Part shown: positions 18,390 through 31,794 of the stretch, in pieces
Layout: every line of letters begins with the position of its first letter
Numbering within the stretch: the first letter of the stretch is position 1
Assembly (NCBI GenBank): GCA_012727935.1
Contig: JAAYGA010000233.1
Coordinates: forward strand, 1 to 46,209
DNA: 46,209 nucleotides
Origin: Pseudomonadaceae bacterium
GTDB lineage: Bacteria > Pseudomonadota > Gammaproteobacteria > Pseudomonadales > Halomonadaceae
Direction of reading: 5' to 3'
Made by a program: the position numbers and the translations under genes
Notes under the pieces: model-generated
What the model was told of the DNA's origin: nothing
The model's database searches: none
Seen by the model: only the letters and a program-made list of their open reading frames with translations

Positions 18390-19751
18390 CTATATTTTAG
18401 CCGGTTTAGGCCAGTTAGCTTTTTGTAATTGCTTGGCACGGGTTACTGCTAGTGCTTGGTCTTCAACCTTACGGGTAATGGTGGAACCTGCACCAATGGT
18501 AGCACCGGCACCAATTTCAACAGGCGCAACTAGGCAGCTGTTAGAGCCAATAAAGGCATTAGCACCAATTTTAGTGAAGTGTTTATTCACACCATCGTAA
18601 TTACAAGTAATCGTACCTGCACCTATGTTAGCGTTAGCGCCCACTTCAGCATCGCCTATATAGCTTAGGTGGTTTATTTTGGCACCACTTCTAACCTGCG
18701 TTTTTTTAGTTTCAACAAAATTACCAATTTTAGCGCCCGTTTCAAGGTGGGTTCCGGGGCGTAGGCGCGCAAAAGGCCCGACTTGGTTATCGCCATCTAA
18801 TTCAACGCCTTCTAAATGGGTAAAAGCCGCTAACTTAACGCCTGGCCCTAAACGGGCATTTTTCAGAACACAATAAGGGCCAATTTCTACCCCTTCGGCG
18901 AGTTCAACTTGGCCTTCAAAAACGCAACCTACGTCTATAAAAACATCGCGGGCGGTATTTAATTCACCACGCACATCAATACGCGCTGGGTCGGCTAGGC
19001 TAACCCCAGCGGTCATTAAGGCTTCGGCCTGTTCTAACTGATAAACCCTTTCAAGTTCTGCCAGTTGCAAGCGGTTATTAACACCTTCCACTTCAGCAGT
19101 AGATGCAGGCTGCACGGTTTCTATTAGCGTGCCTTCTTGGTAAGCCATAGCAATAATATCGGTTAAATAATATTCGCCTTGGCTATTGTTATTAGAAAGC
19201 TTGGGCAACCAGCGGTTAAGCTGCTTACTGGTAACCGCTAGAATGCCAGTGTTTATTTCTTGCACGGCTAGCTGTTCTACACTGGCATCTTTTTGTTCAA
19301 CAATTGCCGCAACTTTTTGTTGTTCATCACGAATAATCCGGCCATAACCGCTTGGGTTGTCTAGCTTAACGGTTAATAAACCTAGGCTAGTTGCCGTGGC
19401 ATGAACTAAGAGTTTTTCTAGGGTAGCGGCTTTAATTAGCGGCACATCGCCATAAAGAATCAGCACTTGGCTGTGTTCGCTTAGCTTGGGCAAGGCTTGA
19501 GTGACTGCATGGCCTGTGCCTAGCTGTTCTAGCTGTTCAACAAAAGCCACATCGTCGGCAACTAGGGCGGTGCGTACTTTTTCTGCACCATGCCCAATAA
19601 CTAGGTAAATATTGGCTGAATTTAAGCTGCGTACTGTGTCAATTACATGCCCTGCCATCGATTTTCCAGCAAGGGTGTGCAGCACTTTCGGTAGGGATGA
19701 ACGCATTCTTGTTCCCTGACCTGCTGCAAGGATAACCACTTCAAGGGACAT
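18390..19751 (-). CDS. glmU: Bifunctional UDP-GlcNAc pyrophosphorylase / glucosamine-1-phosphate acetyltransferase
   Basis: [31 protein letters not shown], hexapeptide repeats, CNYDG. Confidence 0.98.
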   Translation of the reverse strand: MSLEVVILAAGQGTRMRSSLPKVLHTLAGKSMAGHVIDTVRSLNSANIYLVIGHGAEKVRTALVADDVAFVEQLEQLGTGHAVTQALPKLSEHSQVLILYGDVPLIKAATLEKLLVHATATSLGLLTVKLDNPSGYGRIIRDEQQKVAAIVEQKDASVEQLAVQEINTGILAVTSKQLNRWLPKLSNNNSQGEYYLTDIIAMAYQEGTLIETVQPASTAEVEGVNNRLQLAELERVYQLEQAEALMTAGVSLADPARIDVRGELNTARDVFIDVGCVFEGQVELAEGVEIGPYCVLKNARLGPGVKLAAFTHLEGVELDGDNQVGPFARLRPGTHLETGAKIGNFVETKKTQVRSGAKINHLSYIGDAEVGANANIGAGTITCNYDGVNKHFTKIGANAFIGSNSCLVAPVEIGAGATIGAGSTITRKVEDQALAVTRAKQLQKANWPKPAKI

Positions 19752-19835
19752 AACAGCTCCACAAAAGTTAATAATAGAACTTTACTGGCTTATAAAACGC
19801 ATTCTACTGTTAGCTTCTTAGACTAGCTAGCCGCA

Positions 19836-21194
19836 TTAAAAAGCTAGAATAGAAGTGGCAATAGCAAAGTAAATTAATACACCTATGATATCAGCAATTG
19901 AGGTAACTAAAGGGCCGCTGGCGGTAGCTGGGTCCCAGCCCAGTTTTACTAGTACAAAAGGCAGGCTTAAACCAATTAAACTGCCCACTATTACAATAAT
20001 AAACATACTGTAAGCCACCACCTGCGCTATTTCTATGCCACCTCGCCAAAAGCCTATACCCACAATTGCCAAGGCCATAGTTAAGCCTAAAAAAGAAGCC
20101 ACAATAAGTTCACGTACCAATAATTTACCCCAGTCTTTTATGCCCACATCACCCGTTGCTAAGCCACGAATCATTAAGGTTGAAGCTTGAGAACCAGCAT
20201 TACCACCACTGGCAACCAATAAGGGCAAGAAAAACACCAAAACCACATAGGCTTCAATCATTTCTTCATAGAAAGCTATACCCGCACCAGAAAGAATATT
20301 GGCAAATACCAAAAGCACCAACCAATTAACACGGCGGCTGTAAAGGTTACGGATGGTGGCCTGTCCAAAGCCTTCATCGGAAGGGCCGATAGATGCGCCC
20401 TTGTGCATGTCTTCAGTGGCTTCGGCTTCGGCTACGTCCATAGCGTCATCGTAGGTAACTATGCCTATTAGGCGCTGATTATCGTCTATTACCGGCAGGG
20501 CGAGTAAATCGTAACGGCTGATTAAGCGTGAAGCTTCTTCCTGAGGCTCAGCGGCATTAATACTGACCAGTTCAGTAGTCATTATTTGATCAACAGTCGC
20601 TTCAGGCTTAGCTAAAATTAATTGGCGTAAAGAAAGCACACCGGCCAGTTGCTGGTCGGCATTTAAAATATAAACCTGATAAATAGTTTCTGCATTGGGT
20701 GCTGTGTGACGAACCCGTTCAAGTGCCTGTGCAATGTTGGTTTTAACACCATTGGTTTCAGCAACCACGGTTACATAATCACTCGACATAATCGAACCCG
20801 TGGTGCCTTCTTCAAAACTGGCTAAACGGCGTATATCTTCGCGTTCTTCTTTAGCCAAACGCCTTAAAATGCTCTGCCGTTTTTCTTCTGCTAATTCATT
20901 AAATAAATCAGCACGTTCATCTGAATTCATATGAACAAATAACTGAGACAAACCTTCTTCAGTCATTTTTTCCGCTAGTTCACACTGGGTAACAACGTTT
21001 AAGTGACCAAAAACATCGGCACGTTCTTCTAGGGGAAGGTAGGTTAAAAGCTTAAGGCCCGCTTGTGTTGTTTGATAACGTATAAACCCAGCCAAATCAA
21101 CCGGCTTAATGTCTAAGACTAAATATTCTAAAGCAAGCGTATCATCTTCAACTATGGCTTTATTTAAACTCGCCAGCTGCTCATCATTAATCAT
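19836..21194 (-). CDS. mgtE: Magnesium transporter MgtE (copy 1)
   Basis: N-terminal domain, CBS pair (SRYDLLALPVID), GGNAGSQ, DPATASGPLVTSIAD. Confidence 0.95.
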   Translation of the reverse strand: MINDEQLASLNKAIVEDDTLALEYLVLDIKPVDLAGFIRYQTTQAGLKLLTYLPLEERADVFGHLNVVTQCELAEKMTEEGLSQLFVHMNSDERADLFNELAEEKRQSILRRLAKEEREDIRRLASFEEGTTGSIMSSDYVTVVAETNGVKTNIAQALERVRHTAPNAETIYQVYILNADQQLAGVLSLRQLILAKPEATVDQIMTTELVSINAAEPQEEASRLISRYDLLALPVIDDNQRLIGIVTYDDAMDVAEAEATEDMHKGASIGPSDEGFGQATIRNLYSRRVNWLVLLVFANILSGAGIAFYEEMIEAYVVLVFFLPLLVASGGNAGSQASTLMIRGLATGDVGIKDWGKLLVRELIVASFLGLTMALAIVGIGFWRGGIEIAQVVAYSMFIIVIVGSLIGLSLPFVLVKLGWDPATASGPLVTSIADIIGVLIYFAIATSILAF

Positions 21195-21227
21195 GCTTTC
21201 CCCCCAACAACAAACACCAAAAAGTGT

Positions 21228-22286
21228 TTAGCGAAGTATTTTATTCGTTAATTCAGCACCCAAGGCTTGCTGTAAATGATTAGAAATTTGGGTTTTCCAG
21301 CTACCCTCTTCCTTGCTAATTAATAGCACTTTAAGGTTTTCACGGTTAGCCAAACTTAAGCTTGCCTCTGTTCCCAACACCATAAAAGCAGTTGCCCAAG
21401 CATCAGCAGCCGCATTACTTGGGTGAATAACAGTCACTGAAGTTAGTTGGTGGTCTACTGGCCAGCCTGTTTTAGGATTGATGGTATGCGACAGACGCTT
21501 GCCATTTAATTCGTAAAAATTACGGTAATCACCCGAAGTAGCAACCGATTCGTTCACTAGCGGTAAAATGTGGTGGGCAGCTTGCAGTTTATCATCTGGC
21601 ACTTCAATGCCTATACGCCAAGGCTGCTCTTCGGCCCGTTGCCCACCCACAATAATTTCTCCACCCACATTAACAAGAAAGTTATCCACACCCTGTTGCC
21701 GCAACCACTGAGCTACTTTATCTACAGCATAACCCTTAGCCACGCCCGATAAATCAATGAAGCTATTACGGTAACGGCGAGCAGCCTGCTGCCCCTTGTC
21801 TAATTCTAAATATTGATAGCCAGAAGCAGTTAAACGCTCTTTAAGTAAACCTGCCTCTGGAATGGCTTCTGGCCTTGCTTCAGGGCCAAAACTCCATAAG
21901 TTCACTAGGCCACCTAAAGTAATATCAAATGCGCCTTGGCTTAAGCTTGAAACCGTTTGGCTTAGGTGAAATACCTCAAAAAGCTCTGCCGACAAGCCCA
22001 CCCATTCCCCCAAAGGTGCAGCATTAAAACGGTTAAGCTCTGAATTAGGTTTATAAGTTGACATGGAAGCATCAACTTTATCTAACTCACCCTGAATACC
22101 TGCTTGCAATTGTTTTACCTGCACAGCAGTCCAATCACCGGGTAGGGTTGCTAGCCAAAAGCTACCAAAAATTTGCCCCTGTAAACGCACTGGCTGCTTG
22201 TCTTGCTGTTCGGTGCAGGCAGCTAAAGTAAATAAAACCAGCAGTAAACTAAACTTTAAAAATAAATCGAATTTTCTATTTAACAT
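21228..22286 (-). CDS. apbE: FAD:protein FMN transferase, ApbE lipoprotein
   Basis: Lipobox LAAC, SELNRFN, AFDITLG, DLSGVAKGYAVD, VATSGDYRN, SHTINPKTG, ADAWATA. Confidence 0.95.
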   Translation of the reverse strand: MLNRKFDLFLKFSLLLVLFTLAACTEQQDKQPVRLQGQIFGSFWLATLPGDWTAVQVKQLQAGIQGELDKVDASMSTYKPNSELNRFNAAPLGEWVGLSAELFEVFHLSQTVSSLSQGAFDITLGGLVNLWSFGPEARPEAIPEAGLLKERLTASGYQYLELDKGQQAARRYRNSFIDLSGVAKGYAVDKVAQWLRQQGVDNFLVNVGGEIIVGGQRAEEQPWRIGIEVPDDKLQAAHHILPLVNESVATSGDYRNFYELNGKRLSHTINPKTGWPVDHQLTSVTVIHPSNAAADAWATAFMVLGTEASLSLANRENLKVLLISKEEGSWKTQISNHLQQALGAELTNKILR

Positions 22287-22287
22287 T

Positions 22288-23649
22288 TTAATTTAAACCC
22301 AGCATCCAAGTGGCTAAAGCAAAGTAAGTTACTACACCACCCGCATCGGCTAGGGTGGTCACTAAAGGCGTTGAAGCCGTGGCTGGGTCCCAGTTTAAAC
22401 GGTGTAATAAAAAAGGCAGGCTCATACCCAGCAAACTGCCAAACAAGACTATAACTATCATGCTAATGCCTACCACAAATGCAATATCTAGCCCACCACG
22501 AAACATACCTATGGGTGATACAGCAATTGCCATGGTTAAACCTAAAGCACCGGCTACCAATAATTCCCTACCTAAAAGCCGCGTCCAATCGCCTAAGCCC
22601 ACGTCACCCACGGCTAAACCACGCACCATTAGGGTGGAAGCCTGAGCACCAGCATTACCACCACTGCCAATTAATAAGGGCAAGAAAAACACCAAAGCAA
22701 CCTTGGCAGAAATGGTGTCTTCAAAAAAAGCGATGCCGACGCCTGAAATTAAGTTGGCAAAAATAAGCAAAATTAACCAAATAACCCGACTGCGGTAAAG
22801 GTTAAACAAGCTGGTTTTTAGTAAGCCTTCTTCTAAAGGCATAATACTAGCGCCACGATGAATGTCTTCTGTGTCTTCTTCTTCAGCCACGTCCATAGCG
22901 TCGTCGTAGGTAACTATTCCTAACAGGCGTTGGTTCTCATCCACCACAGGCAAAGCCAGTAAATCATAACGACTAATTAACCTTGCAGCTTCTTGTTGGT
23001 GCTGATCAGGTAAAATAGTCACCAGCTCTTCAGTCATTAACTTATCTAAACTAGCTTTGGGTGGCGCAAGAATAAGTTCACGCAAAGAAACCACACCCAC
23101 CAACCTGTGGCGTGGGTCAACAATATAAGTATGGTAAATGGTTTCTGAACCGGCGGCGGTGCGGCGAAGAATTTCTAAAGCCCTCTGCACATTAATACCC
23201 GTAGGCAGCAATGAAATTTCAGAAGTCATTAATGCACCAGCCGTTGCCATAGGGTAACGAGAAAGGTGTTCTAGGGTGGCTCGATTACGGGCAGGTAAAT
23301 CTCTTAAGAGGTCTGCTTGCTGTTCTGAACTGAGTAAATTAAAAAGGTCGGCAGCACTATCAGCCGGCAGCTCTTCTAAAAGCTCCATTAAAGAATCTAG
23401 GCTAGAAACTGCGGCAACTTCCTCTTGCGTCCTTTCAGATAAGTAATCAAAAATTTCAGTGCGACGTGCCAAAGGAAGTAAATCTAAGCAGGTAGCTATT
23501 TCTTCAGCAGTCAGTAAAGCAGTAAGCTGATCTGCCACATCCACCGGTTGTAAATTAGCTTGAGCATAACGCCAACCAACTTCACCAGGAGCAGGCATTT
23601 CCACAGCTAAATCTAACTCTAAAGGTTTGGTTTGATGTTCTTCAGTCAT
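22288..23649 (-). CDS. mgtE: Magnesium transporter MgtE (copy 2)
   Basis: TAGALMT, SRYDLLALPVVD, GGNAGAQ, DPATASTPLVTTLAD; AGGAG ribosome-binding site. Confidence 0.95.
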   Translation of the reverse strand: MTEEHQTKPLELDLAVEMPAPGEVGWRYAQANLQPVDVADQLTALLTAEEIATCLDLLPLARRTEIFDYLSERTQEEVAAVSSLDSLMELLEELPADSAADLFNLLSSEQQADLLRDLPARNRATLEHLSRYPMATAGALMTSEISLLPTGINVQRALEILRRTAAGSETIYHTYIVDPRHRLVGVVSLRELILAPPKASLDKLMTEELVTILPDQHQQEAARLISRYDLLALPVVDENQRLLGIVTYDDAMDVAEEEDTEDIHRGASIMPLEEGLLKTSLFNLYRSRVIWLILLIFANLISGVGIAFFEDTISAKVALVFFLPLLIGSGGNAGAQASTLMVRGLAVGDVGLGDWTRLLGRELLVAGALGLTMAIAVSPIGMFRGGLDIAFVVGISMIVIVLFGSLLGMSLPFLLHRLNWDPATASTPLVTTLADAGGVVTYFALATWMLGLN

Positions 23650-23690
23650 CAGCTGGCTTCTCCTGCTGTAAAAGTTAAACAGTAAAAAGC

Positions 23691-23714
23691 AAAAAAGGCG
23701 ACCAAAGCCGCCTT
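23691..23714 (-). terminator. Probable terminator of the atp operon
   Basis: Minus strand AAGGCGG-CTTTGG-TCGCCTT followed by a T run. Confidence 0.7.
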
Positions 23715-23763
23715 CTCTGATTATGCAGTAAACTGCATACTACGCTAATAATAAGCAAAACGA

Positions 23764-24168
23764 TTACTTATTACGTATACCTTTCAGTAGCTGAATAGTG
23801 CGAAGTTGAGCGACAGCTTGGTCATAACTCAATTCCGTACTTTCATTACTAACAGCACGCTTAGCAGCTTCTAATGCTTCTTTAGCCGCAGCTTCATCAA
23901 GGTTAACAGCGCGTTCAGCAGAATCTGCTAACACTGTAACCGTTGTTGATTGCACTTCTAAAAAACCACTTGAAACATAAATCAGCTCTTGTGCGCCGCC
24001 TTGTTTGGTTAGCTTAATAGTGCCTGGCTTTAACTCAGATAATAATGGAGCGTGGCCAGGTAAAATACCTAACTCACCCATTACACCTGAGGCCACCAAG
24101 AACTCAATTCGGCCATCAAACAATTTCTTTTCAGCACTAACAACATTGCAATGCATTGTCATCGCCAT
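23764..24168 (-). CDS. atpC: F0F1 ATP synthase subunit epsilon
   Basis: GELGILPGHAPLL, SSGFLEVQ, VTVLAD; last gene of the atp operon. Confidence 0.97.
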   Translation of the reverse strand: MAMTMHCNVVSAEKKLFDGRIEFLVASGVMGELGILPGHAPLLSELKPGTIKLTKQGGAQELIYVSSGFLEVQSTTVTVLADSAERAVNLDEAAAKEALEAAKRAVSNESTELSYDQAVAQLRTIQLLKGIRNK

Positions 24169-24198
24169 GGGTATCCCCCTTGGGTTATCCCGACAGAC

Positions 24199-25611
<1,413 letters not shown>

Positions 25612-25651
25612 CTACCCTTTTAACTTCCGCCAAATTTAGCAGAAGCACTTA

Positions 25652-26524
25652 TCAGATCGCTGCAGCACCGCCAACAATTTCAGCGATTTCTTGTGTAATA
25701 GCTGCCTGACGCGCCTTGTTGTAAATAAGCTGTAACTCATCAATAAAGTCACCAGCGTTATCTGTTGCACTTTTCATTGCAACCATACGCGCAGATTGCT
25801 CACAGGCAATATTTTCGACTACAGCTTGGTAAACCTGAGATTCTATGTACCTAATTAACAATCTATCCAACAAAATTCTTGGATCTGGCTCGTAAAGGTA
25901 ATCCCAACCGGCTACCTTGCTCTTGTCACTTTCCTGTTCTACTTCAGCTTCCAGGGGTAACAGCTGCCGGACTAATGGCTTTTGTGACATGGTATTAATA
26001 AATTCGTTATATACCACGTAAAGCCTATCAATTTTGCCTTCTTCATAGGCATCCAGCATGACCTTAACACTACCAACTAACTCATTCACATTAGGAGTGT
26101 CGCCCAGCCCGCTCTTGGCAGCCACCAGACTTCCGCCATAACGACGGAAGAAACTGCCAGCCTTACTGCCGATAGCACAAATATCTACTTCTGCGCCCTT
26201 GTTTTTCCATTCCATCACTTCATTGACAGCGGCTTTAAACAAGTTAATGTTCAAACCACCGCAAAGACCGCGGTCGGTAGAAATAACAATAAAACCAACC
26301 CTTTTTACATCACGTTCTTGCATATAAACATGACGGTACTCAGGGGTAGCTTCAGCAAGGTGACTGACTACGTTTCTGATCTGCGTGGCGTAAGGGTGGC
26401 TGGCTGCCATACGATCCTGAGCTTTACGCATCTTCGACGCAGCTACCATTTGCATAGCGCTGGTGATTTTCTGCGTATTCTTTATGCTCCCTATTTGGGA
26501 GCGGATCTCTTTACCTGCTGCCAT
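25652..26524 (-). CDS. atpG: F0F1 ATP synthase subunit gamma
   Basis: [37 protein letters not shown]. Confidence 0.99.
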   Translation of the reverse strand: MAAGKEIRSQIGSIKNTQKITSAMQMVAASKMRKAQDRMAASHPYATQIRNVVSHLAEATPEYRHVYMQERDVKRVGFIVISTDRGLCGGLNINLFKAAVNEVMEWKNKGAEVDICAIGSKAGSFFRRYGGSLVAAKSGLGDTPNVNELVGSVKVMLDAYEEGKIDRLYVVYNEFINTMSQKPLVRQLLPLEAEVEQESDKSKVAGWDYLYEPDPRILLDRLLIRYIESQVYQAVVENIACEQSARMVAMKSATDNAGDFIDELQLIYNKARQAAITQEIAEIVGGAAAI

Positions 26525-26591
26525 ACGCTTTCGCCTTCTTAGCCAACAAGTGCTTGAATCAATTGATTAACACCAACTGATTCTAAGCAAC

Positions 26592-28136
26592 TTACCAGGA
26601 CTGGGTGGCCTTAAACTGCTCTACAGCAGATTTGAGGGCCGCTTCAATATCTTTAGAGTAGTCACCATTTTCGTTGATCTGTGCGATCAGGTCTGCATGT
26701 TCACTCGCCATATAAGCGTGTAAAGCCTTTTCAAAAGGCAGCACCTTACGAACTTCGACATCATCTAAGAAATTGTTTTCTGCTGCAAACAAAGAAACAC
26801 CCATTTGAGCAATGGTCATGGGGCTGTACTGATCTTGCTTCATTAATTCAGTAACACGCTGACCATGTTCTAGCTGTTTACGAGTTGCTTCATCTAAATC
26901 AGAGGCAAACTGAGAGAAAGCTTCTAGCTCACGGTACTGAGCCAAAGCTAGACGAATACCACCGCCCAGTTTCTTAATGATTTTAGTTTGCGCCGCACCA
27001 CCAACACGAGAAACTGAAACACCGGCATTCATCGCAGGACGAATACCTGAGTTAAACAAGTTAGTTTCTACGAAAATCTGACCATCGGTGATGGAGATTA
27101 CGTTAGTTGGTACGAAAGCAGATACGTCACCACCTTGGGTTTCGATAATAGGCAGAGCAGTTAAAGAACCTGTCTTACCCTTAACTTCGCCATTAGTGAA
27201 CTTCTCTACATATTCAACGCTTACGCGTGAAGCACGCTCAAGTAAACGTGAGTGAAGGTAGAAAACGTCACCAGGATAAGCTTCACGTCCAGGTGGGCGC
27301 TTTAGTAGTAATGAAATTTGACGATAAGCCCAAGCTTGCTTGGTTAAATCATCATAAACAATTAGGGCATCTTGACCGCGGTCGCGGAAATATTCGCCCA
27401 TGGTGCAACCAGCATAGGGTGCAATAAACTGTAGAGCTGCTGCTTCAGAAGCAGAGGCTACAACAATAATTGTGTGGGCTAAAGCACCGTGCTCTTCTAG
27501 TTTGCGTACCACGTTTGCAATGGTCGATTGCTTCTGACCAATGGCAACGTAAACACACTTAACACCCGTATTTTTCTGGTTAATAATCGCATCAACTGCA
27601 ATGGCAGTTTTACCAATTTGACGGTCACCGATAATCAACTCACGCTGACCACGACCTACAGGTACCATCGCATCAATTGCTTTATAACCGGTTTGCAGTG
27701 GCTCATCTACGCTTTTGCGCCAAATTACACCAGGTGCAACTTTTTCCACTGCATCTGTTTCTTTTGCATCAATAGGGCCTTTACCATCGATAGGATTACC
27801 TAGTGCGTCTACAACGCGGCCTAGGAGTTCATTACCGACAGGTACTTCCAAGATGCGACCAGTACAACGGGCGGTTTGACCTTCAGCTAAGCCGAGGTAA
27901 TCACCCAGTACAACCACACCTACGGAGTCGCGCTCCAAGTTCAGGGCCATACCAAAGGCGCCCTGTTCAAATTCAATCATCTCGCCATACATAACATCGC
28001 CAAGACCGTGAATTTTCACGATACCGTCGGCTACGCTTACGATGGTGCCCTCGTTTTGGGCTTTTGAAGTGACATCCAAGTTACCGATGCGCTTCTTGAT
28101 AATGTCACTGATCTCGGATGGATTCAGTTGCTGCAT
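26592..28136 (-). CDS. atpA: F0F1 ATP synthase subunit alpha
   Basis: [39 protein letters not shown]. Confidence 0.99.
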   Translation of the reverse strand: MQQLNPSEISDIIKKRIGNLDVTSKAQNEGTIVSVADGIVKIHGLGDVMYGEMIEFEQGAFGMALNLERDSVGVVVLGDYLGLAEGQTARCTGRILEVPVGNELLGRVVDALGNPIDGKGPIDAKETDAVEKVAPGVIWRKSVDEPLQTGYKAIDAMVPVGRGQRELIIGDRQIGKTAIAVDAIINQKNTGVKCVYVAIGQKQSTIANVVRKLEEHGALAHTIIVVASASEAAALQFIAPYAGCTMGEYFRDRGQDALIVYDDLTKQAWAYRQISLLLKRPPGREAYPGDVFYLHSRLLERASRVSVEYVEKFTNGEVKGKTGSLTALPIIETQGGDVSAFVPTNVISITDGQIFVETNLFNSGIRPAMNAGVSVSRVGGAAQTKIIKKLGGGIRLALAQYRELEAFSQFASDLDEATRKQLEHGQRVTELMKQDQYSPMTIAQMGVSLFAAENNFLDDVEVRKVLPFEKALHAYMASEHADLIAQINENGDYSKDIEAALKSAVEQFKATQSW

Positions 28137-28152
28137 GCCTTGTCCCTCAAAA

Positions 28153-28689
28153 TCAGGATTTCAATGACTCGGCTAGTTTCGCGATTTTACCGCGAATCGA
28201 GCCATCTATCACCAGATCACCGGTGCGAATAATTACACCGCCAATGAGACGCTTGTCGATTTCAACCTTGAGGGTTACCTCACGGTTCAAACGCTTGCGT
28301 AGTGCGTTTACTAGCAGTTGCTGTTGGTCAGCTTCAAGCGCAAAGGCCGAAGTAACAATTGCTTCAACAGATTTTTCCTGCTCAGCCCTAAAGGCTTCAT
28401 ACATTCCAGCAATAACCGGAATTAATGGTAAACGGCTTTTTTCACTTAACAGTTTGATAAAATTACTGCTCTGATCATCGATTTTTGCTTGGCAAATTTC
28501 GAGTAGAAGCTCAGCTTTCACATCACTGCTTAATGAAGGGTTAAGTAAAAATACAGCAACTTCTTTATTGGAAGCCGCTTCAGCAACTAGTCCTAACATT
28601 GCAGACCAATCGGCTAATTTTCCTTCACTTAACGCATACTCAAAGGCGGCCTTCGCATAAGGCCTGGCGAGTGTGTTGTAATCTGCCAT
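28153..28689 (-). CDS. atpH: F0F1 ATP synthase subunit delta
   Basis: [28 protein letters not shown]. Confidence 0.98.
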   Translation of the reverse strand: MADYNTLARPYAKAAFEYALSEGKLADWSAMLGLVAEAASNKEVAVFLLNPSLSSDVKAELLLEICQAKIDDQSSNFIKLLSEKSRLPLIPVIAGMYEAFRAEQEKSVEAIVTSAFALEADQQQLLVNALRKRLNREVTLKVEIDKRLIGGVIIRTGDLVIDGSIRGKIAKLAESLKS

Positions 28690-28701
28690 CAGACACCTCG
28701 C

Positions 28702-29172
28702 TTAAAGTTGTTCGGCGAGTTTGCCGACCAGCTTGCTGTGTGCGTTTGCATCAACAGAACTTTCTAGGATTTGTTCAGCACCCTGAATAATTAATTCAGA
28801 CATTTGTGAACGTAAATCATCCTTAGCACGGTTAATTTCTTGAGTAATCTCAGCCTTAGCAGCTTCAACTAATCGTACACCTTCAGCACGAGCTTGTTCT
28901 TTGGCTTCTTCAATTAACAAACTAGCACGCTTGTTAGTTTGCTCTAGAATCTGGGCCGATTGTTCTTTTGCTTCACGCAAAAGTTGTGTCGCCTTTTCTT
29001 GTGCTAGCTCTAAATCACGCTGAGCACGACTTGCTGAATCTAAACCCTCAGCAATCTTTTTCTGGCGTTCACGCATGGCAGTTGTAATAAACGGCCATAT
29101 AAACTTCATGCAGAACCAGACAAAGAGCGCAAAGGAAATAGATTGACCCAATAGAGTCAAATTCATATTCAT
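28702..29172 (-). CDS. atpF: F0F1 ATP synthase subunit b
   Basis: [27 protein letters not shown] followed by a coiled coil. Confidence 0.98.
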   Translation of the reverse strand: MNMNLTLLGQSISFALFVWFCMKFIWPFITTAMRERQKKIAEGLDSASRAQRDLELAQEKATQLLREAKEQSAQILEQTNKRASLLIEEAKEQARAEGVRLVEAAKAEITQEINRAKDDLRSQMSELIIQGAEQILESSVDANAHSKLVGKLAEQL

Positions 29173-29248
29173 GGCGCAGTACCTTTTACTTGAGTGTTAG
29201 GTTTTTTTTAAGTTAAGGGAGCTAATCTAGTGACTCCCTGAACCCAAC

Positions 29249-29479
<231 letters not shown>

Positions 29480-29576
29480 TTACTCCTAAGGTTACTAAGG
29501 TTGATTAAAGGTGAGTTAAGGGTTTTTACTACTAAAACTCGCCAACTTGCTTCACAGCAAGCTGGCTGGTTACTGT

Positions 29577-30413
<837 letters not shown>

Positions 30414-30442
30414 CTACCTCAAACTGTAATTGCAGTTAGACT

Positions 30443-30817
30443 TTACTTTACTAGTAAAAAATTCAACCAGTTAAGTAAAATAACTGCCGCATAAGTGCTT
30501 AAAAGTGAAATTGGGTTTGAAGGTTGCACTAGAATAAATACCAGTACAAAAAGTACCACCGTCAAACCAAACTTAACGCCTTCAGCGACAAAAAACATTT
30601 TAACTAGGTTTGCTTGCTGCCTCGCGCCCCTATACATAAAAACCAAATAACTAAAAACTTGCTGAGGAATGTAAGCGATTATTGCCCCTGCCATTATTTC
30701 TAGTAATGAACTTGGCCAAATTATGCTGGCTAAACCACAAATGGCAACCACAGCCATTAATTGCTTAAGAAACCATTTTTTTAAAGGTGGACGCGGAAGT
30801 TGTGCCATAAATTTCAA
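30443..30817 (-). CDS. atpI: ATP synthase accessory protein I
   Basis: Small hydrophobic ORF upstream of atpB with YRGAR and AEGVKFGLT motifs. The start may be ATG at 30808. Confidence 0.9.
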   Translation of the reverse strand: MKFMAQLPRPPLKKWFLKQLMAVVAICGLASIIWPSSLLEIMAGAIIAYIPQQVFSYLVFMYRGARQQANLVKMFFVAEGVKFGLTVVLFVLVFILVQPSNPISLLSTYAAVILLNWLNFLLVK

Positions 30818-30874
30818 AGCCTTCTAAACCGCTAACCACTAAAAAAATACTGCAAATCAACTAAAACCTACGGG

Positions 30875-30903
30875 ATTATAGAGACTTAGCAACTTTCCTT
30901 CAA
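30875..30903 (-). promoter_or_regulatory. Sigma70 promoter of the atp operon
   Basis: Minus strand TTGAAG (30903-30898), 17 bp, TATAAT (30880-30875). Confidence 0.75.
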
Positions 30904-30954
30904 CAACACTCGTTCGCTTTGTTAAATAGATACGACCAAGGTCTATATTTTTAT

Positions 30955-31794
30955 CTAGCGTAGGTGGCGCAAAATACCATCTAGCTGCACTAAGCTTGAA
31001 TAGTGTATTTCTAACCTACCTTTACCTTGTATTGAATGCTGAATTTTTACTTTAGTACCTAATTTCATCTGTAACTGTGCTTCCAAGCGTTTAACATCAG
31101 GGTCTATAGCCGGTTGAAGTTTGTTTTTTAAAGAATTTTGTTGCTCATTTCTAACCCAGGCTTCAGTTTGCCTAACCGACATTCCTTTAGCTACTAGCTG
31201 CCTTGCAAAAGTTAATTGTTTAGCTTCTGGTAAACCTAGTAAGGCACGAGCATGCCCCATTTCTAAATCGCCCTGCTTCAGCATACGCTGCACTTCTTTA
31301 TGAAGTTGCAATAAACGTAACAAGTTGGCGACAGAACTACGTGATTTACCCACCGTATCAGCAACCTGCTGCTGAGTTAGTTCAAATTCTTTTTGTAATC
31401 TTTGTAAGGCAAAGGCTTCTTCTAAGGGGTTTAAATCTTCGCGCTGTAAGTTTTCAATTAAAGCCAAAGCAATAACATCACGGTCTTCTGCTTGGCGCAC
31501 TAAAGCTGGAATAAAATCTAAACCCGCTAACTGGGCTGCACGCCAACGCCTTTCACCCGCTATAATTTCAAAATGACCGCCGGTTAAAGGCCGCACAACT
31601 ACAGGTTGCATAATGCCTTGCTGTCGAATGGAAGCGGCTAGTTCTTCTAACGCTTCCGGTTGAATTTCACGCCTAGGTTGGTATTTACCCGGACGCAAAC
31701 ACTCGACTGGCAACCTTTTTAATTCACCTTCTTTTAAACTTTGGTTAGTGGCTAGGTTAGCTTGCTTTAAGTCTGTTTTTATTACAGGTATCAC
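30955..31794 (-). CDS. parB: Chromosome partition protein ParB (Spo0J type), N-terminally shortened
   Basis: YQPRR, IIAGERRWRAA (CTP-binding), ENLQREDL, HTH TQQQVADTVGKSRSSVANLLRLL, GHARALL, C-terminal KGRLEIHY. GTG start overlaps the rsmG stop (GTGA). Confidence 0.95.
   Translation of the reverse strand: MIPVIKTDLKQANLATNQSLKEGELKRLPVECLRPGKYQPRREIQPEALEELAASIRQQGIMQPVVVRPLTGGHFEIIAGERRWRAAQLAGLDFIPALVRQAEDRDVIALALIENLQREDLNPLEEAFALQRLQKEFELTQQQVADTVGKSRSSVANLLRLLQLHKEVQRMLKQGDLEMGHARALLGLPEAKQLTFARQLVAKGMSVRQTEAWVRNEQQNSLKNKLQPAIDPDVKRLEAQLQMKLGTKVKIQHSIQGKGRLEIHYSSLVQLDGILRHLR

Noticed and set aside
18380-18439. 20-aa N-terminal extension of GlmS in the ORF track
   Set aside because: GlmS needs Cys directly after the initiator Met, and the extension overlaps glmU.
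21682-21690. Single perfect DnaA box inside apbE
   Set aside because: Isolated, about 13 kb from the nearest origin module, and compatible with chance.
23655-23668. mgtE RBS (AGGAGAA), and likewise the dnaA RBS (GAGGAG), as targets of the sRNA seed
   Set aside because: Only 6-7 nt of generic Shine-Dalgarno complementarity; not enough without an energy-based prediction.
23650-23763. Possible Mg2+ riboswitch or leader peptide upstream of mgtE
   Set aside because: Only about 40 bp remain after the atp terminator, and I see no M-box-sized structure or leader ORF.
31740-31794. LATNQ near the ParB N-terminus as a remnant of the ParA IAxxNQKGG motif
   Set aside because: Too short to distinguish from chance, and no Walker A remnant follows.
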